Of a stretch of DNA of 64,000 nucleotides, positions 1-10,282 are shown in pieces. This DNA comes from a virus. The position numbers were made by a program, and so were the translations under genes. The notes under the pieces are model-generated. The model did no database searches. It saw only the letters and a program-made list of their open reading frames with translations, and had not been told where the DNA came from. The stretch covers positions 1 to 64,000 of the IMG/VR virus record IMGVR_UViG_3300045976_000117; one strand, given 5' to 3'. Numbering within the stretch: position 1 is the first letter of the stretch; each line of letters starts with the position of its first letter.

Positions 1-53
1 CTGCCGTCCGCGGTGTCCGTAAGTCTGGGCATTAAAATTGGAGGTTAAGGATC

Positions 54-521
54 ATGGCTGGAAGGGGTCCGGCGCCACAGTCGACACGGGTCAGACAAGA
101 CGACAACGCGCGGCGACAGGCTGAGTTAACAGAGCTCGAGGATACTGGCGAGCTTCATGGTCCGGCACTGCCAGAGGGAATGCTTCCGGACAATGATCCT
201 TGGCACCCGCGGACAGTAGCTCTGTGGGACTCCCTCCGGCGATCCCCTCTGCTGGCTGATGAGCCTGATCTAGGCTGGGAATTTCTGCTCGATACCGCGT
301 TGATGCATCACACCATGTGGACTAAAGGTCGCTGGGAATTTGCTTCAGAGGTCCGGCTTCGACTGGCCAAGTACGGTGCCACGCCGGAAGACCGCATGAG
401 GCTCAAGCTCAAGATCAAAACTCCGGTCGATAAGCAGCCAGTCAAGCAGGCTCCGGCAGCCTCGGCAGACGGCAAGGTCTCCGACATCGCCAGTCGGAGA
501 GCTCGCCTCCGCGGGGATTAG
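54..521 (+). CDS. Terminase small subunit
   Basis: MAGRGPAP start and ELRLR..K.GATPEDR.RL-type motif typical of actinophage TerS; GGAGG RBS upstream. Confidence 0.8.
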   Translation: MAGRGPAPQSTRVRQDDNARRQAELTELEDTGELHGPALPEGMLPDNDPWHPRTVALWDSLRRSPLLADEPDLGWEFLLDTALMHHTMWTKGRWEFASEVRLRLAKYGATPEDRMRLKLKIKTPVDKQPVKQAPAASADGKVSDIASRRARLRGD

Positions 522-538
522 GTCTTGAGCTTCGGCGG

Positions 539-745
539 CTAGATAGGTTTGGCCGTCGGTCCGGTGAAGTTGGACAGATCAACCCACCGCTCTCCGTGGG
601 TTGGTCCCTTGACCCGGACTTGCCAGCGTCCAGGGCCTTCGCCGGTACCGGTGACGACTACTGTCTCAGAGGCCCATGGTGCGCCAGGATCCATCTTCCA
701 ACGTGAGCCCACCGCGGGTAGTTGCTTGGCTGTCATGTTCTGCAC
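539..745 (-). CDS. Small hypothetical protein (paralog family 1)
   Basis: LPxVGSRW...V.L..F pattern shared with the two adjacent minus-strand ORFs. Confidence 0.6.
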   Translation of the reverse strand: MQNMTAKQLPAVGSRWKMDPGAPWASETVVVTGTGEGPGRWQVRVKGPTHGERWVDLSNFTGPTAKPI

Positions 746-750
746 CTTAG

Positions 751-975
751 CTATCGTTTGAGCTTCGGCGGCACCGCGTGGGCTAGGAAGTCCCAGATCG
801 ACACTCGCCGGGGGAACGGCGCCGGACCGTCCAGCACGACGGACATGGTCTCAGGATCGGTGTTGGCCACCCGGACCGCCACGCGGCCTAGTTGAGTGCC
901 TAGGTCGTACTCCCACCACGTATCGATTGTGGGCAGGTCACTCATGGGCAGGTGTGGCGTCGGCGTGGAAGACAT
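751..975 (-). CDS. Small hypothetical protein (paralog family 1)
   Basis: LPTIDTWW...VSIWDF; likely true start at MSDLP. Confidence 0.6.
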   Translation of the reverse strand: MSSTPTPHLPMSDLPTIDTWWEYDLGTQLGRVAVRVANTDPETMSVVLDGPAPFPRRVSIWDFLAHAVPPKLKR

Positions 976-1183
976 CTAGCGGCACCCATGTAATGCCGTC
1001 GCCAGCTTCGATGCACACCGCAGCTAGAGGCACGGCGTGCTCGATAACCCGCACCTTCTCTGTGCCTCTGGGTGCTCCCCAGTTCATCTCCCACATGCTG
1101 TGCAGCTCTGGCCAGTCAGTCATGGCCGGGATTTTGCCATTGCTGGTCAAGCCAGGCTCGGTCCTCTGGGGTAAGTGCCTCAA
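938..1183 (-). CDS. Small hypothetical protein (paralog family 1)
   Basis: WPELHSMW...VPLDVF; overlaps neighbours; likely start MTDWP. Confidence 0.55.
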   Translation of the reverse strand: MRHLPQRTEPGLTSNGKIPAMTDWPELHSMWEMNWGAPRGTEKVRVIEHAVPLAAVCIEAGDGITWVPLDVFHADATPAHE

Positions 1184-1304
1184 GTGCAGCTAGTTCTGAT
1201 CGAAGATCTTGTAGCTGTGCTTCAACTTGTTTGATCTTTCGACCAAGTTGCCACTTGAGGATCACGATCCGTACACATAGCACGACTGGTATACCTACGC
1301 CCAC
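1116..1304 (-). CDS. Small membrane-anchored coiled-coil protein
   Basis: N-terminal hydrophobic stretch then heptad repeat. Confidence 0.5.
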   Translation of the reverse strand: MGVGIPVVLCVRIVILKWQLGRKIKQVEAQLQDLRSELAALEALTPEDRAWLDQQWQNPGHD

Positions 1305-1367
1305 CGCTATCTACACAGATACAAACCAGTTCACAGATGAATTGTACCTAAGGGGGTAATCGCTTTA

Positions 1368-1679
1368 ATGATTACCCTCGGATCTGATGTCGAACAATTA
1401 ACAGTAGTCATTCCGGTAGGCGCATCTTTCATCACGAAACTCACCGCGGCGACACCATGGCCGAACGGCACAATTATTGAGCTTCACTTGATGAATGATA
1501 TAGCGGATGATCCGGTGATCTGGTCAGCCACCATATCAAGTACGGACGCTACGTTTAATATTCCACCGAGTCAAGTGCAGACAGTCACAGATGCACGTTT
1601 GTCTTTGGCGAGACTTATCTATAATCCCGGCGGTACCGGTGCGTTATTGTGGGCTCACGGCACAGTGAGGTATGTTTAA
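1368..1679 (+). CDS. Virion structural protein (LtfC/BppU-like beta sandwich)
   Basis: First gene of a tightly packed + operon; resembles small adaptor domains of actinophage fibre genes. Confidence 0.5.
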   Translation: MITLGSDVEQLTVVIPVGASFITKLTAATPWPNGTIIELHLMNDIADDPVIWSATISSTDATFNIPPSQVQTVTDARLSLARLIYNPGGTGALLWAHGTVRYV

Positions 1680-2089
1680 TGCCCATAGTGCTAGCTCCTG
1701 ACATTACAGTTGAAATAGATCCTCCGGATATCCCCGTAATAACTACGGTACTGCCTAGTCCATTAACGATCACCGTTGCACCACCAAGCGCGCCTGCAAT
1801 AGGCGCGACGCCTCCCGCGGTCTCGTCGGTGACCGTGGTACCAGTTGTAGGACCGCCAGGTCCTAGAGGTCCGGCCGGGACTTCGACTAATGCGTCTTGT
1901 GTGTGGCCAGTACAAACGCCAGTGTATTTAGTGCAGGTCATCCATGAACTTGGATTTTATCCGGCAGGTGTTCTCGCGGTGGACACCCAAGGCAACCCAG
2001 TTGAATACGCAAAGTTGACTTACATCTCAGTAAACATTGCTGAGATTTCTTTTGATGTGCCTTTCTCAGGCACTATTTATCTGAGCTAG
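1679..2089 (+). CDS. Structural protein with short collagen-like motif
   Basis: GPPGPRGPAG followed by H.LG.YP...D..G...FSG..YLS domain. Confidence 0.6.
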   Translation: MPIVLAPDITVEIDPPDIPVITTVLPSPLTITVAPPSAPAIGATPPAVSSVTVVPVVGPPGPRGPAGTSTNASCVWPVQTPVYLVQVIHELGFYPAGVLAVDTQGNPVEYAKLTYISVNIAEISFDVPFSGTIYLS

Positions 2090-2097
2090 GGGTAATT

Positions 2098-3270
2098 ATG
2101 CCGCGCCGGTTCGCAACCAGCATTGACTTAATGGGCCTGGCGCTGCTCAATGCTGCCCTCAATCCGGTATCGTCTGATCCTGCTGGCCTTGGCTCTGGCG
2201 ATATCGGCCGGGTATGGGTCAACACGACAGTACCTACGGTTAAATACTGGAATGGTACGACTGCAATTGATTTGCTAGCTCGAGCCAACCAGACTGGTAC
2301 TCAGCTGGCCAGTACGATCTCGAACTTCACCGCGGCTGTCCAGGCTATTCAATGGTCATCCATGGCGACGCCTACGGGCTCTGTCAACATGGGAAGTCAG
2401 AATTTCACTAACTTGGCCGCTGCTAGCGGTTCTGGCCAAGCTGTTGAATACGCACAATTTAATAACGCGATTGCTGCTGTGCAGTCCGGCATGGATTTCA
2501 AAGCACCGCCAGCCACGGTGGTTGTTACTACCAATATGTCGCTGAGCTCGCCCGGCTCAACCATTAACGGTCACACCATGACCGTCGGTGACACGGTGCT
2601 GCTTACCGGACAGACTACAGCCAGCCAGAACGGCATCTATACTTGGAATAGCTCGACAAGCTTGACGCGACGTTCAGATGCGAACACTAATACGTCGATC
2701 TATTCCGGCACCATGATTTCGGTTACAGGTGCTGATAACACTAATCCAGATACTGTCTGGATGCAAACCGCAGTTGGTACGGGTACTAATGGTGCTCTGG
2801 TTTTAGGTACAGACTCTCAGACTTGGATTAAACCTTTCAGTGCCATAACGTACACGGCGGGCAATGGTATTAACATTGCCGGTAGTACTATTTCTGCCAA
2901 GCAGGGTACTGGTACAGCCCAGTCGGCTAATGCGGCCGCCCAGGTCAATAATGGTATTCTGGTAGATGCTAATGGTATCTACATTGATCCGGCTACTGGC
3001 GTTAAGAAAGTCTACGGTACTATTCCGGCATCAACTACAGGTATTTACACTGTTTCTGGTGCTGTAGTGACGATTGCCCATGGTATGAACAATAAGTATG
3101 TTCAGGTGCGCGTCTTCGCGGGCTCTTCACCTCCTACCATTGGCGGGTCTACCCCATCAGCTGGTGAGGAAATCGAAGTGCAGATTATTCGCAGCGACAC
3201 CAACAATGTACAACTGACTTTCCCCGCGGCGCCAGCAACTAATAACTACGACTTTTCGATTCAGGGTTAG
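2098..3270 (+). CDS. Virion fibre/decoration protein
   Basis: T/S/G/N-rich; GDTVLLTGQT.ASQNGIY motif common in phage fibres. Confidence 0.65.
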   Translation: MPRRFATSIDLMGLALLNAALNPVSSDPAGLGSGDIGRVWVNTTVPTVKYWNGTTAIDLLARANQTGTQLASTISNFTAAVQAIQWSSMATPTGSVNMGSQNFTNLAAASGSGQAVEYAQFNNAIAAVQSGMDFKAPPATVVVTTNMSLSSPGSTINGHTMTVGDTVLLTGQTTASQNGIYTWNSSTSLTRRSDANTNTSIYSGTMISVTGADNTNPDTVWMQTAVGTGTNGALVLGTDSQTWIKPFSAITYTAGNGINIAGSTISAKQGTGTAQSANAAAQVNNGILVDANGIYIDPATGVKKVYGTIPASTTGIYTVSGAVVTIAHGMNNKYVQVRVFAGSSPPTIGGSTPSAGEEIEVQIIRSDTNNVQLTFPAAPATNNYDFSIQG

Positions 3271-3273
3271 CCT

Positions 3274-3459
3274 ATGGCTAGGTATTTTGGCACACAAATC
3301 CAATTGCCAGCTGACCCTTCTGGCGCAATGCAGGCGGCAACGAAACACTATGTAGATACTCAAGTGGCTTCGGTTTCGTCAGGTGCACTTGTCGACGGCG
3401 GAACACCATCCACGTCTCCTACGGGAGTACTTAGAATAGACTTCGGCGCGGTGACCTAA
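3274..3459 (+). CDS. Small fibre-repeat protein
   Basis: [16 protein letters not shown] motif. Confidence 0.6.
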   Translation: MARYFGTQIQLPADPSGAMQAATKHYVDTQVASVSSGALVDGGTPSTSPTGVLRIDFGAVT

Positions 3460-4184
3460 TGTCTTTTGGTGTCTTTCAGTTCCGACGAGGCACGGCAGCG
3501 CAATGGAATTCTGCGAATACTGTTCTTGCGGCTGGCGAACTAGGACTAGAAACAGACACCGCTAAATTCAAGATCGGTGACGGAACCACCGTGTGGAGCT
3601 CGCTTGCTTACGGTGGTCTTCAAGGGCCTCAGGGCATTCAGGGTCCTACCGGAGCCACAGGCCCGCAAGGCACCACCGGAGCAACAGGGCCTCAGGGCCC
3701 GACCGGCGCGACCGGTGCAGGGGTTGCTACTGGCGGCACCACGGGTCAAGCACTGACGAAAAACAGCAGTACCGACTATGACACGGGTTGGTCTTCTGTA
3801 GTTCTCAACGGGTCCACTGCGGGTGGTGCTCTTAACGGCACATATCCTAATCCTAATCTTGATGTCGTCCCTTGGCCACCTGTGGTACTGACCGATCAAG
3901 CCACTATCGTCACGGATGCTTCTCAGGGCAATCTTTTCCGATGCACTCTGACCGCTGATCGCACTTTGGGGACGCCGACCAATCCGACTGATGGTCAAAA
4001 AGTGATGTGGGAGCTGACCGCCAGTGGTGCCAACAGAACACCCACGTTATCCGGTGGTTTTGTTATGGGCACTTCTGGTGTGACTATCTCGGCTATTGCG
4101 TCAGGAACCACAGACTACATCGGGGCTATCTATAACGCCACGGCCGGAGTGTGGCGGGTCATTGCTTACGCGAAGGGGTACTAA
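3459..4184 (+). CDS. Fibre protein with Mtd/hyaluronidase-like N-terminus and collagen repeats
   Basis: [31 protein letters not shown], then (GXY)n. Confidence 0.8.
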   Translation: MSFGVFQFRRGTAAQWNSANTVLAAGELGLETDTAKFKIGDGTTVWSSLAYGGLQGPQGIQGPTGATGPQGTTGATGPQGPTGATGAGVATGGTTGQALTKNSSTDYDTGWSSVVLNGSTAGGALNGTYPNPNLDVVPWPPVVLTDQATIVTDASQGNLFRCTLTADRTLGTPTNPTDGQKVMWELTASGANRTPTLSGGFVMGTSGVTISAIASGTTDYIGAIYNATAGVWRVIAYAKGY

Positions 4185-4724
4185 GTGGCTCTGACTTTGG
4201 ACCAAGGTGCGAAACTTCGCACGGACACATCATTCACAGACCGAATCCGTATGGCGATGATGCGGCAGGCCACCACGGTGGCGAATGAGGCGATCGGCGG
4301 GCAAACAACTACGAGATGGGCTAAACGCACCCAGCTAGCGAACCGGGTGATCACGTCTCCGGATTCGTGGTTGACGATGTTCGTGGCAATGGTCGCGTCG
4401 GATCCGGGTTTGTCGTTGACGTGGTACACCCCAGTCAGTATTTCGTCATCCACGAACGCGAACCCAAGTGTGATCACCACCGCCGCGGCGCACGGGTACT
4501 CCACGGGTGATGTGGTGGAGATCCTGGGCCATGCGGTGAACACGAACGCGAACGGCACGTGGACGATCACCGTGCTCACCACCACCACCTTTTCAATTCC
4601 ACAACCCGCTAATGGTGTGGGCACCACTTCGGGGACTGTTCAGAAGATGGAAACCGACGTGAACTTGAACTTCACTATTCAGAATCAGTGGAATGCGATG
4701 GCAGGGGTGCTCAGTGGTGAATGA
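4185..4724 (+). CDS. Structural protein with FCCH-like beta insert
   Basis: TNANPSVIT..AHGYSTGD.V.I.G...N.NG...ITV...TFS motif. Confidence 0.55.
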   Translation: MALTLDQGAKLRTDTSFTDRIRMAMMRQATTVANEAIGGQTTTRWAKRTQLANRVITSPDSWLTMFVAMVASDPGLSLTWYTPVSISSSTNANPSVITTAAAHGYSTGDVVEILGHAVNTNANGTWTITVLTTTTFSIPQPANGVGTTSGTVQKMETDVNLNFTIQNQWNAMAGVLSGE

Positions 4725-4947
4725 CGAGACCCACCCATTCGTCCCGTTTAAAGTGCCAACTGGGCCTGATGATACCCCGCTGGTGCAATGGGACCGGGAC
4801 AACTACAAGTGCACCGGGTGCGGGGGGCCGGTCCCGGATGGGGTGTGGCTCCACGAAACAGTTGAGGACGGCATGGTTGTTGGTTTGCTGGCCCGTGTGG
4901 GTGCGGACGGCCCGGTTGTGCACCAATGCGGCAAGGCTGGTGAGTAG
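4717..4947 (+). CDS. Small Cys/His-containing hypothetical protein
   Basis: Fills gap with overlapping start/stop; CxxC and HxC. Confidence 0.5.
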   Translation: MNDETHPFVPFKVPTGPDDTPLVQWDRDNYKCTGCGGPVPDGVWLHETVEDGMVVGLLARVGADGPVVHQCGKAGE

Positions 4948-5396
4948 TGGCTAATCAATACGTCATTGCCACCGGATCGGTCACCACGGTCGCCGCGACC
5001 GCGAAGACGTGTATCGAGCTACCGACCGGGGCGACTACCCCCATCATCATTACCGCACTGGAGGTGATGAGCGCGGCCACCGCAGCAGGGACGTTGATCG
5101 TTGAATGGGGAACTTACACGACAACAGGTACAGGAACTACTGTTACCCCCCAGAAATGGGGCCAGGATCAGTCGATTGCCGCGATCGTGGGCACGGTGAA
5201 GATTGCGGACACGGTCGAGCCCACGGGATTCGCGGTCGGTACCCTACCGAACTATGTGATTCCGTTACCCGGCATGTACAGTATTATTTACCCGTTCGGG
5301 CGGGAGTTCTATCAGCCGATTTCGGTTAACCGGGCATTGCGGGTGACATCATCATTAGCGTCTCCGGTTCGCATCAACTTGTATTTCGAGCACTGA
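4947..5396 (+). CDS. Structural protein, paralog of 26203-26703
   Basis: Shared KT...T..T.P, AAGT...E and P.GREF...RVT motifs. Confidence 0.6.
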   Translation: MANQYVIATGSVTTVAATAKTCIELPTGATTPIIITALEVMSAATAAGTLIVEWGTYTTTGTGTTVTPQKWGQDQSIAAIVGTVKIADTVEPTGFAVGTLPNYVIPLPGMYSIIYPFGREFYQPISVNRALRVTSSLASPVRINLYFEH

Positions 5397-5398
5397 TC

Positions 5399-6181
5399 AT
5401 GCGGGTTGTTAACAATTTCAACGGTGGCCCGGATGGGACCACGATCAGCACATCTAACTCGAACCAGTACGGTGATACTGCGTTTAATACGGTGAACAGT
5501 GCTAGTAACACATTGCAGTTCGCCAGCGTTGGTCTTAATGGCCTTGATCGGCCTACCGCGGAGTATGTTCTTCGGATGCAGACCGGGTCTTCCGCTTACA
5601 CTCCCTACGTGATGTGGGGTAGCGCGACCTTAGGTACTCAGTCACAGATGTGGACTAGGTTTTATGCGTACTTCTCGACTGTGGCGTCGAACGCCAGCGA
5701 TCTGTGTTTGATGTGGTTCTCGGCGAATGCTCTCAGCGACATTTCTAGCGTGTGGCTACGCACTTCGTCGTCACCGTACTATCTGTATGTTCAGGCGAGT
5801 ACGTCCGCTGGGTCAACGAAAACATTGATGTCGACACCGTTGGCTGCGGGAGAATGGGTTCGGGTTGAGTTCACCAGCACGCCCAGCACGAACTTTACTG
5901 GGATCAACGACTTGTATCTGTATCAAGGTGACGATGTTGACACCGTGAACTACACAGACCATGCCGGGCAAACGGGACTCTACACCGGCAACACGTCTTA
6001 TAACACGATCCAGCTTGGGCAAAGCAGCAATTTCGGTGGCGGACAAGCGAACACTCCAGCTGTTTACTTCTCGAATTGGGAAGTGAACAACACGGGTTGG
6101 CCTGGTCCGGCACCCTTCCGACAAGGACTCGGCGTGCCAATGAATAATCAACCTAACCCGATTGCTTATCACATGATATAG
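5399..6181 (+). CDS. Putative carbohydrate-binding/receptor-binding structural protein
   Basis: Beta-rich, S/T/N/Y-rich, lectin-like pattern (W.RFY.YF, GEWVRVE). Confidence 0.5.
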   Translation: MRVVNNFNGGPDGTTISTSNSNQYGDTAFNTVNSASNTLQFASVGLNGLDRPTAEYVLRMQTGSSAYTPYVMWGSATLGTQSQMWTRFYAYFSTVASNASDLCLMWFSANALSDISSVWLRTSSSPYYLYVQASTSAGSTKTLMSTPLAAGEWVRVEFTSTPSTNFTGINDLYLYQGDDVDTVNYTDHAGQTGLYTGNTSYNTIQLGQSSNFGGGQANTPAVYFSNWEVNNTGWPGPAPFRQGLGVPMNNQPNPIAYHMI

Positions 6182-6333
6182 CAGGAGTATAGATTATGTC
6201 GACCATTAGCCGTGCATATCCACGCGCGACTAGATATAATCCGAGACAGCCTCAGTTTATCCAACCTAAGGTAACGACACCGCCCACTCCTGATCTGACA
6301 GGATTTCTTGCTTTCTTCCGGTGAGGTGACGAC

Positions 6334-7992
6334 ATGCCACGACGTGTCATTACCGCTAAAGAACACGATCGTGATCTGTCGTTAGGTTGGCTACTGCTTT
6401 CATGGATGGAGTATTTCTGTGTCCATGGGCCAGGGGATGTCCAAGGCGAGCCAGTCCGACATGGTGATGAAGTGTCAGGCTTCATTGTCGACTGCTACGC
6501 GTTGGACAACGACGGGCGACGACTGTATGACAGTGCATTCTTTAGTCGCCCTAAAGGGTGTGACAAATCCGGTCTTGGTGGCAGACTTGGACTCGTTGAG
6601 GCTTTTGCACCTTGCCGCTTTCTTTCCTGGGCTGAGGGTGGCGAAATCTATCGAGATCCATGGGGCTTAGGCTTCGAATACGAGTATCAGCCAGGCGAGC
6701 CTATGGGACGACTGGTCAAGGTACCTTACATCCGCTGCCTGGCCACCGAAGAAGGTCAGACCGGGCTTGTCTATGACACGATCTATTTCAACCTCACAGA
6801 GGGCCCGCTCGCGGAGGTTTCTGGCACCAATGCCGGTCTGACTCGCGTGCTCCTGCCTGGTGGTGGAGAGATCACCCCTAGCACCGCGAGCTCGGCATCG
6901 AAAGATGGTGGTAAGGAGACTTTCGTCGTCTTCGATGAGACGCACCTCTACAACTTGCCGGATCTCCGACGCATGTATACCACCGTTACCCGTAATCTTC
7001 GCAAGAGGAAGAAGATAGCGGGCACGTGGTACCTCGAGACGACCACGATGTTTGCCCCCGGTGAAGAATCCGTAGCCGAAGGTACTTATCGACTCTCTGA
7101 GGCAATCGAGGCAGGCAAGGCAAAAAGGGATCGGCTACTGGTTGATCACCGTTGGGGAGAATGCGAGAATCCGGAAAACGAGAGCGAGCTCCGCGCGGGG
7201 ATTATCGAAGCCTATGGCGACGCTATGGCTTGGAACGATCTCAATGGTTTGGTAGACGAGTTCTACGACCCTCGCCAGCACATCATAGATTCTCGCCGGT
7301 ATTTCCTCAACGCGGAAACCGAGCAATCCGACGCATGGATAGCAGCGAGAGAATGGGACCCATGCGCTAATCCTCTGGCTGTCTTGGCTGATGGCGATAT
7401 GATTGCACTCGGTTTCGATGGCTCTATTAGTGAGGATGCCACGGCGTTGGTGGCCTGCCGTATTGATGATGGGCATCTAGAACTTTTAGCGTGTGAGGAA
7501 AAGCCTCTTGATGCTCGTAATACTTGGCAGGTCGATCAAGAAGCCATAGATGCGGTAGTTAAGCAGGCCTTCGACCGATTTAAGGTGGTAGCTTTCTTCG
7601 CGGATCCGCCACACTGGCAAGATTATGTTGATGCATGGACTGCTGAATTTGCTGACGGCCTTGAGGTCAAGTCAAGTCAGGTACACCCCATTGAGTGGTG
7701 GACTAACCGGCCGTCTGCCATGGTGGCTGCTCTTGAGCGGTTCCGTGAGGCAGTAGCTAGTAAGCGGCTTACCCATGACGGTACGACGATCTTTCGACGG
7801 CATGTGCTCAACGCCCGGCGCCGGGTTACCAGGTCGGGTATCACCATTGCCAAGGAGTATCCGGGCAGTCCGAAGAAGATTGACTGTGCCATGGCCGCGG
7901 TGCTGGCTTACGAGGCTCGTGCTGCCGCGGTTGCTGCCGGGGTCGTTCAGCGAGCGAAGAAACCAAGGTCTAAGCGATTGGTGCGGTTCTAG
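6334..7992 (+). CDS. terL: Terminase large subunit
   Basis: Walker A RPKGCDKS, Walker B FVVFDETH, nuclease LGFDGS..DAT and KIDCAMA. Confidence 0.95.
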   Translation: MPRRVITAKEHDRDLSLGWLLLSWMEYFCVHGPGDVQGEPVRHGDEVSGFIVDCYALDNDGRRLYDSAFFSRPKGCDKSGLGGRLGLVEAFAPCRFLSWAEGGEIYRDPWGLGFEYEYQPGEPMGRLVKVPYIRCLATEEGQTGLVYDTIYFNLTEGPLAEVSGTNAGLTRVLLPGGGEITPSTASSASKDGGKETFVVFDETHLYNLPDLRRMYTTVTRNLRKRKKIAGTWYLETTTMFAPGEESVAEGTYRLSEAIEAGKAKRDRLLVDHRWGECENPENESELRAGIIEAYGDAMAWNDLNGLVDEFYDPRQHIIDSRRYFLNAETEQSDAWIAAREWDPCANPLAVLADGDMIALGFDGSISEDATALVACRIDDGHLELLACEEKPLDARNTWQVDQEAIDAVVKQAFDRFKVVAFFADPPHWQDYVDAWTAEFADGLEVKSSQVHPIEWWTNRPSAMVAALERFREAVASKRLTHDGTTIFRRHVLNARRRVTRSGITIAKEYPGSPKKIDCAMAAVLAYEARAAAVAAGVVQRAKKPRSKRLVRF

Positions 7993-8298
7993 ATGGCGCA
8001 GCACGCCCGTGCCGACATCACCCTCTATGACCGTCTTGTCAACTTGGAGCTAGACATGACAGCAGTGACTGAGGCCATTGACCAATTGGCACAACGGCTT
8101 GACGAACTTGAGGATCTGGTTGCACAACGCGACCAGTCGCACTGTGATGCGGTACAGGCACAGATCTCTCGACTTGACAATCTCGCTGCTCGGCTTCGTG
8201 ATGAACCTGCCGGATCCAGTGACCGCCAAGCTCCGGAGTTGACTGCCAGCGGTCTACTGGACCCGACATCGGAAACAACTCCTCCGACACATTTTTAG
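7993..8298 (+). CDS. Coiled-coil hypothetical protein
   Basis: Abuts terL; heptad repeats. Confidence 0.55.
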   Translation: MAQHARADITLYDRLVNLELDMTAVTEAIDQLAQRLDELEDLVAQRDQSHCDAVQAQISRLDNLAARLRDEPAGSSDRQAPELTASGLLDPTSETTPPTHF

Positions 8299-8513
8299 TG
8301 CCTAGTCGTCCATGACAGCCAGCGAAACATAATGGCCAGCAGAACAGCTATAAAGCAGCTCATGCCACTAACCAGGTTATGCGTCGCAACCACGATGGCG
8401 AACAAGGTGCCGCACGTGCCGACGATGATCAGGCTAATGACCATCTCCTGCTTGCTCACCTGAGACAACGGAACAGTCTTGATCCGCCATCTTCGGCAAC
8501 TCATTGAGATCAT
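8295..8513 (-). CDS. Small membrane protein (antisense moron)
   Basis: Two TM segments; AAAGGG RBS; operator B upstream. Confidence 0.5.
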   Translation of the reverse strand: MISMSCRRWRIKTVPLSQVSKQEMVISLIIVGTCGTLFAIVVATHNLVSGMSCFIAVLLAIMFRWLSWTTRH

Positions 8514-8590
8514 CCCTTTCGCTAGTTTCTTGTCTTGTATATCGGATCTAAGGTACAGGACGTTACATCTTGGAGGAGAGGCGATTATTC

Positions 8591-10060
8591 GTGCTTTATA
8601 ATGCCTCTCAACCAGGACACCCGGAATGGTGGTTGCTCAGGCTGGGCAAGAAACTGGAGAGTGACCGGGCACGGTTTGAAACACTGGACTGCTACTGGCG
8701 CGGTGACGCTCCTCTGCCTTTCGGCAATCAAAAAATGAGGGAAGCCTACCGTCGATTCCAGCAACAGGCTAAGACCAATTTCATGAAATTGGTTGCCGAG
8801 TCAGTTATCGAACGTCTCAAGGTGACAGGTTTCCGTACCGGGTCTGATGGCAATGAGAATCTAGATAAGGATGCCTGGGGATGGTGGCAGGCAAACCACC
8901 TCGACTCAGACTCTGGTCTCGTGCACCGCGCGGCTGTTGTTATGAGTCGGGCTTATGTCATTGTCGGTGAAGACCCGAACCGGCCAGGACAGCCCAAAGT
9001 TACCGGCGAGGACCCGCGGCAGGTCATCCACGAATCAGCACCGGACGATCGGCGAAACATCGTGGCCGCGCTCAAGACCTGGTTTGACGATATCCAGAAG
9101 CGAAACATCGCGGTTGTTTATCTTCCTGACAAGGTCTATTACTACCGTAGCATTCAGTCATCGGATGATGCACAACCACAATTGTTCGGTGGTCCGGCCA
9201 AGTGGGAGATAGACACTGAGGACTTTGAGGATGGTTCGGCAGATAATCCTCTAGGCGTTGTACCTGTAGTGCCGTTCCTGAACTGTCCTGATCTGAGCGG
9301 TAACACGCTTGGAGAATTTGAGTCTGAGACACCTATTCAGGATCGGATCAACACCGAAGTACTTGACCGGCTGGTGATCTCCGCAATGCAGGCTTACCGG
9401 CAACGGTGGGCTACTGGTGTTGATCTGACAGACGAACAAGGCAATGCTGAAGGTTTCGATCCTGGTGCTGATCTGCTCTGGAATGTCAGTGACGAGCGAG
9501 CTAAATTCGGTGAGTTCAATCCGGCCGACATAGCTGGCGTACTCAAGGCTGTCGATACGGATGTTCAGCACCTCGCGGCCATTACTCGGACACCTCCGCA
9601 TTATTTGCTTGGAGCCATGATTAATGCGAGCGGGGATGCGCTCGCTGCCGCGGAAACAGGTCTCACATCCAAGGTCATTGAACGAGCGATTGAGTTCGGT
9701 GAGTCCTGGGAGCTTGTTTATCAGTTGGCGGGCCGGGTCATGGGCAAGGAGATTCCGGACGATTGCGAAGTCGTTTGGCAGAACCCGCAGTTCCGGACCT
9801 TGACTGAGCTCGCGGCAGCTAACGTCCAGTTGATGCAGGCTCAGGTGCCATGGCGTACTCGTATGGAGCTTCTCGACTTCACTCCGGCACAGATCGACCG
9901 GATGCAGGCTGAACGAGCTTCTGACGCGCTACTGACTGCCGCTATGACTCCTCAACTGCCGACGCCTAACCAGGGCCCTCCTGGCGGTGCCGCCGCGGAG
10001 GCTTCGAGGACAGCTCGAGCTCAGTTGCCAGTCGGTAGTAGGAATGGTGCTACGGCATAA
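8591..10060 (+). CDS. Portal protein (SPP1 gp6-like)
   Basis: N....V....ERL...GF and NPLGVVPVVPF.N motifs; position after terL; GTG start after GGAGGAGAGG. Confidence 0.93.
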   Translation: MLYNASQPGHPEWWLLRLGKKLESDRARFETLDCYWRGDAPLPFGNQKMREAYRRFQQQAKTNFMKLVAESVIERLKVTGFRTGSDGNENLDKDAWGWWQANHLDSDSGLVHRAAVVMSRAYVIVGEDPNRPGQPKVTGEDPRQVIHESAPDDRRNIVAALKTWFDDIQKRNIAVVYLPDKVYYYRSIQSSDDAQPQLFGGPAKWEIDTEDFEDGSADNPLGVVPVVPFLNCPDLSGNTLGEFESETPIQDRINTEVLDRLVISAMQAYRQRWATGVDLTDEQGNAEGFDPGADLLWNVSDERAKFGEFNPADIAGVLKAVDTDVQHLAAITRTPPHYLLGAMINASGDALAAAETGLTSKVIERAIEFGESWELVYQLAGRVMGKEIPDDCEVVWQNPQFRTLTELAAANVQLMQAQVPWRTRMELLDFTPAQIDRMQAERASDALLTAAMTPQLPTPNQGPPGGAAAEASRTARAQLPVGSRNGATA

Positions 10061-10078
10061 ACAGAAAAGGAGCATGGC

Positions 10079-10282
10079 ATGAGTGAGTCGGTAGAACAAC
10101 CATGGCCAGATAGAAACATGCTGGATGCCGCTATGGGGATCATCTCTAATGTCAGCGGTGGTAATTGGTGGGGACAAAGTCAAGAGTGGCAAGATGCTGC
10201 CCGACAGTGGCTAGATTCCTATGCCAAGCTCGGCAAGTTAGAAGCAACTCGTGACAAGCCCACAGCCTCAGCCGTTCACTGA
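10079..10282 (+). CDS. Hypothetical protein
   Basis: AAGGAG RBS; fills portal-MuF gap. Confidence 0.55.
   Translation: MSESVEQPWPDRNMLDAAMGIISNVSGGNWWGQSQEWQDAARQWLDSYAKLGKLEATRDKPTASAVH

Noticed and set aside
3620-3720. Short tandem repeats
   Set aside because: Collagen GXY coding.
3459-4184. Diversity-generating retroelement target (Mtd-like N-terminus)
   Set aside because: Only the N-terminal trimerisation motif is present; no reverse transcriptase or TR/VR repeat pair was seen in the window.
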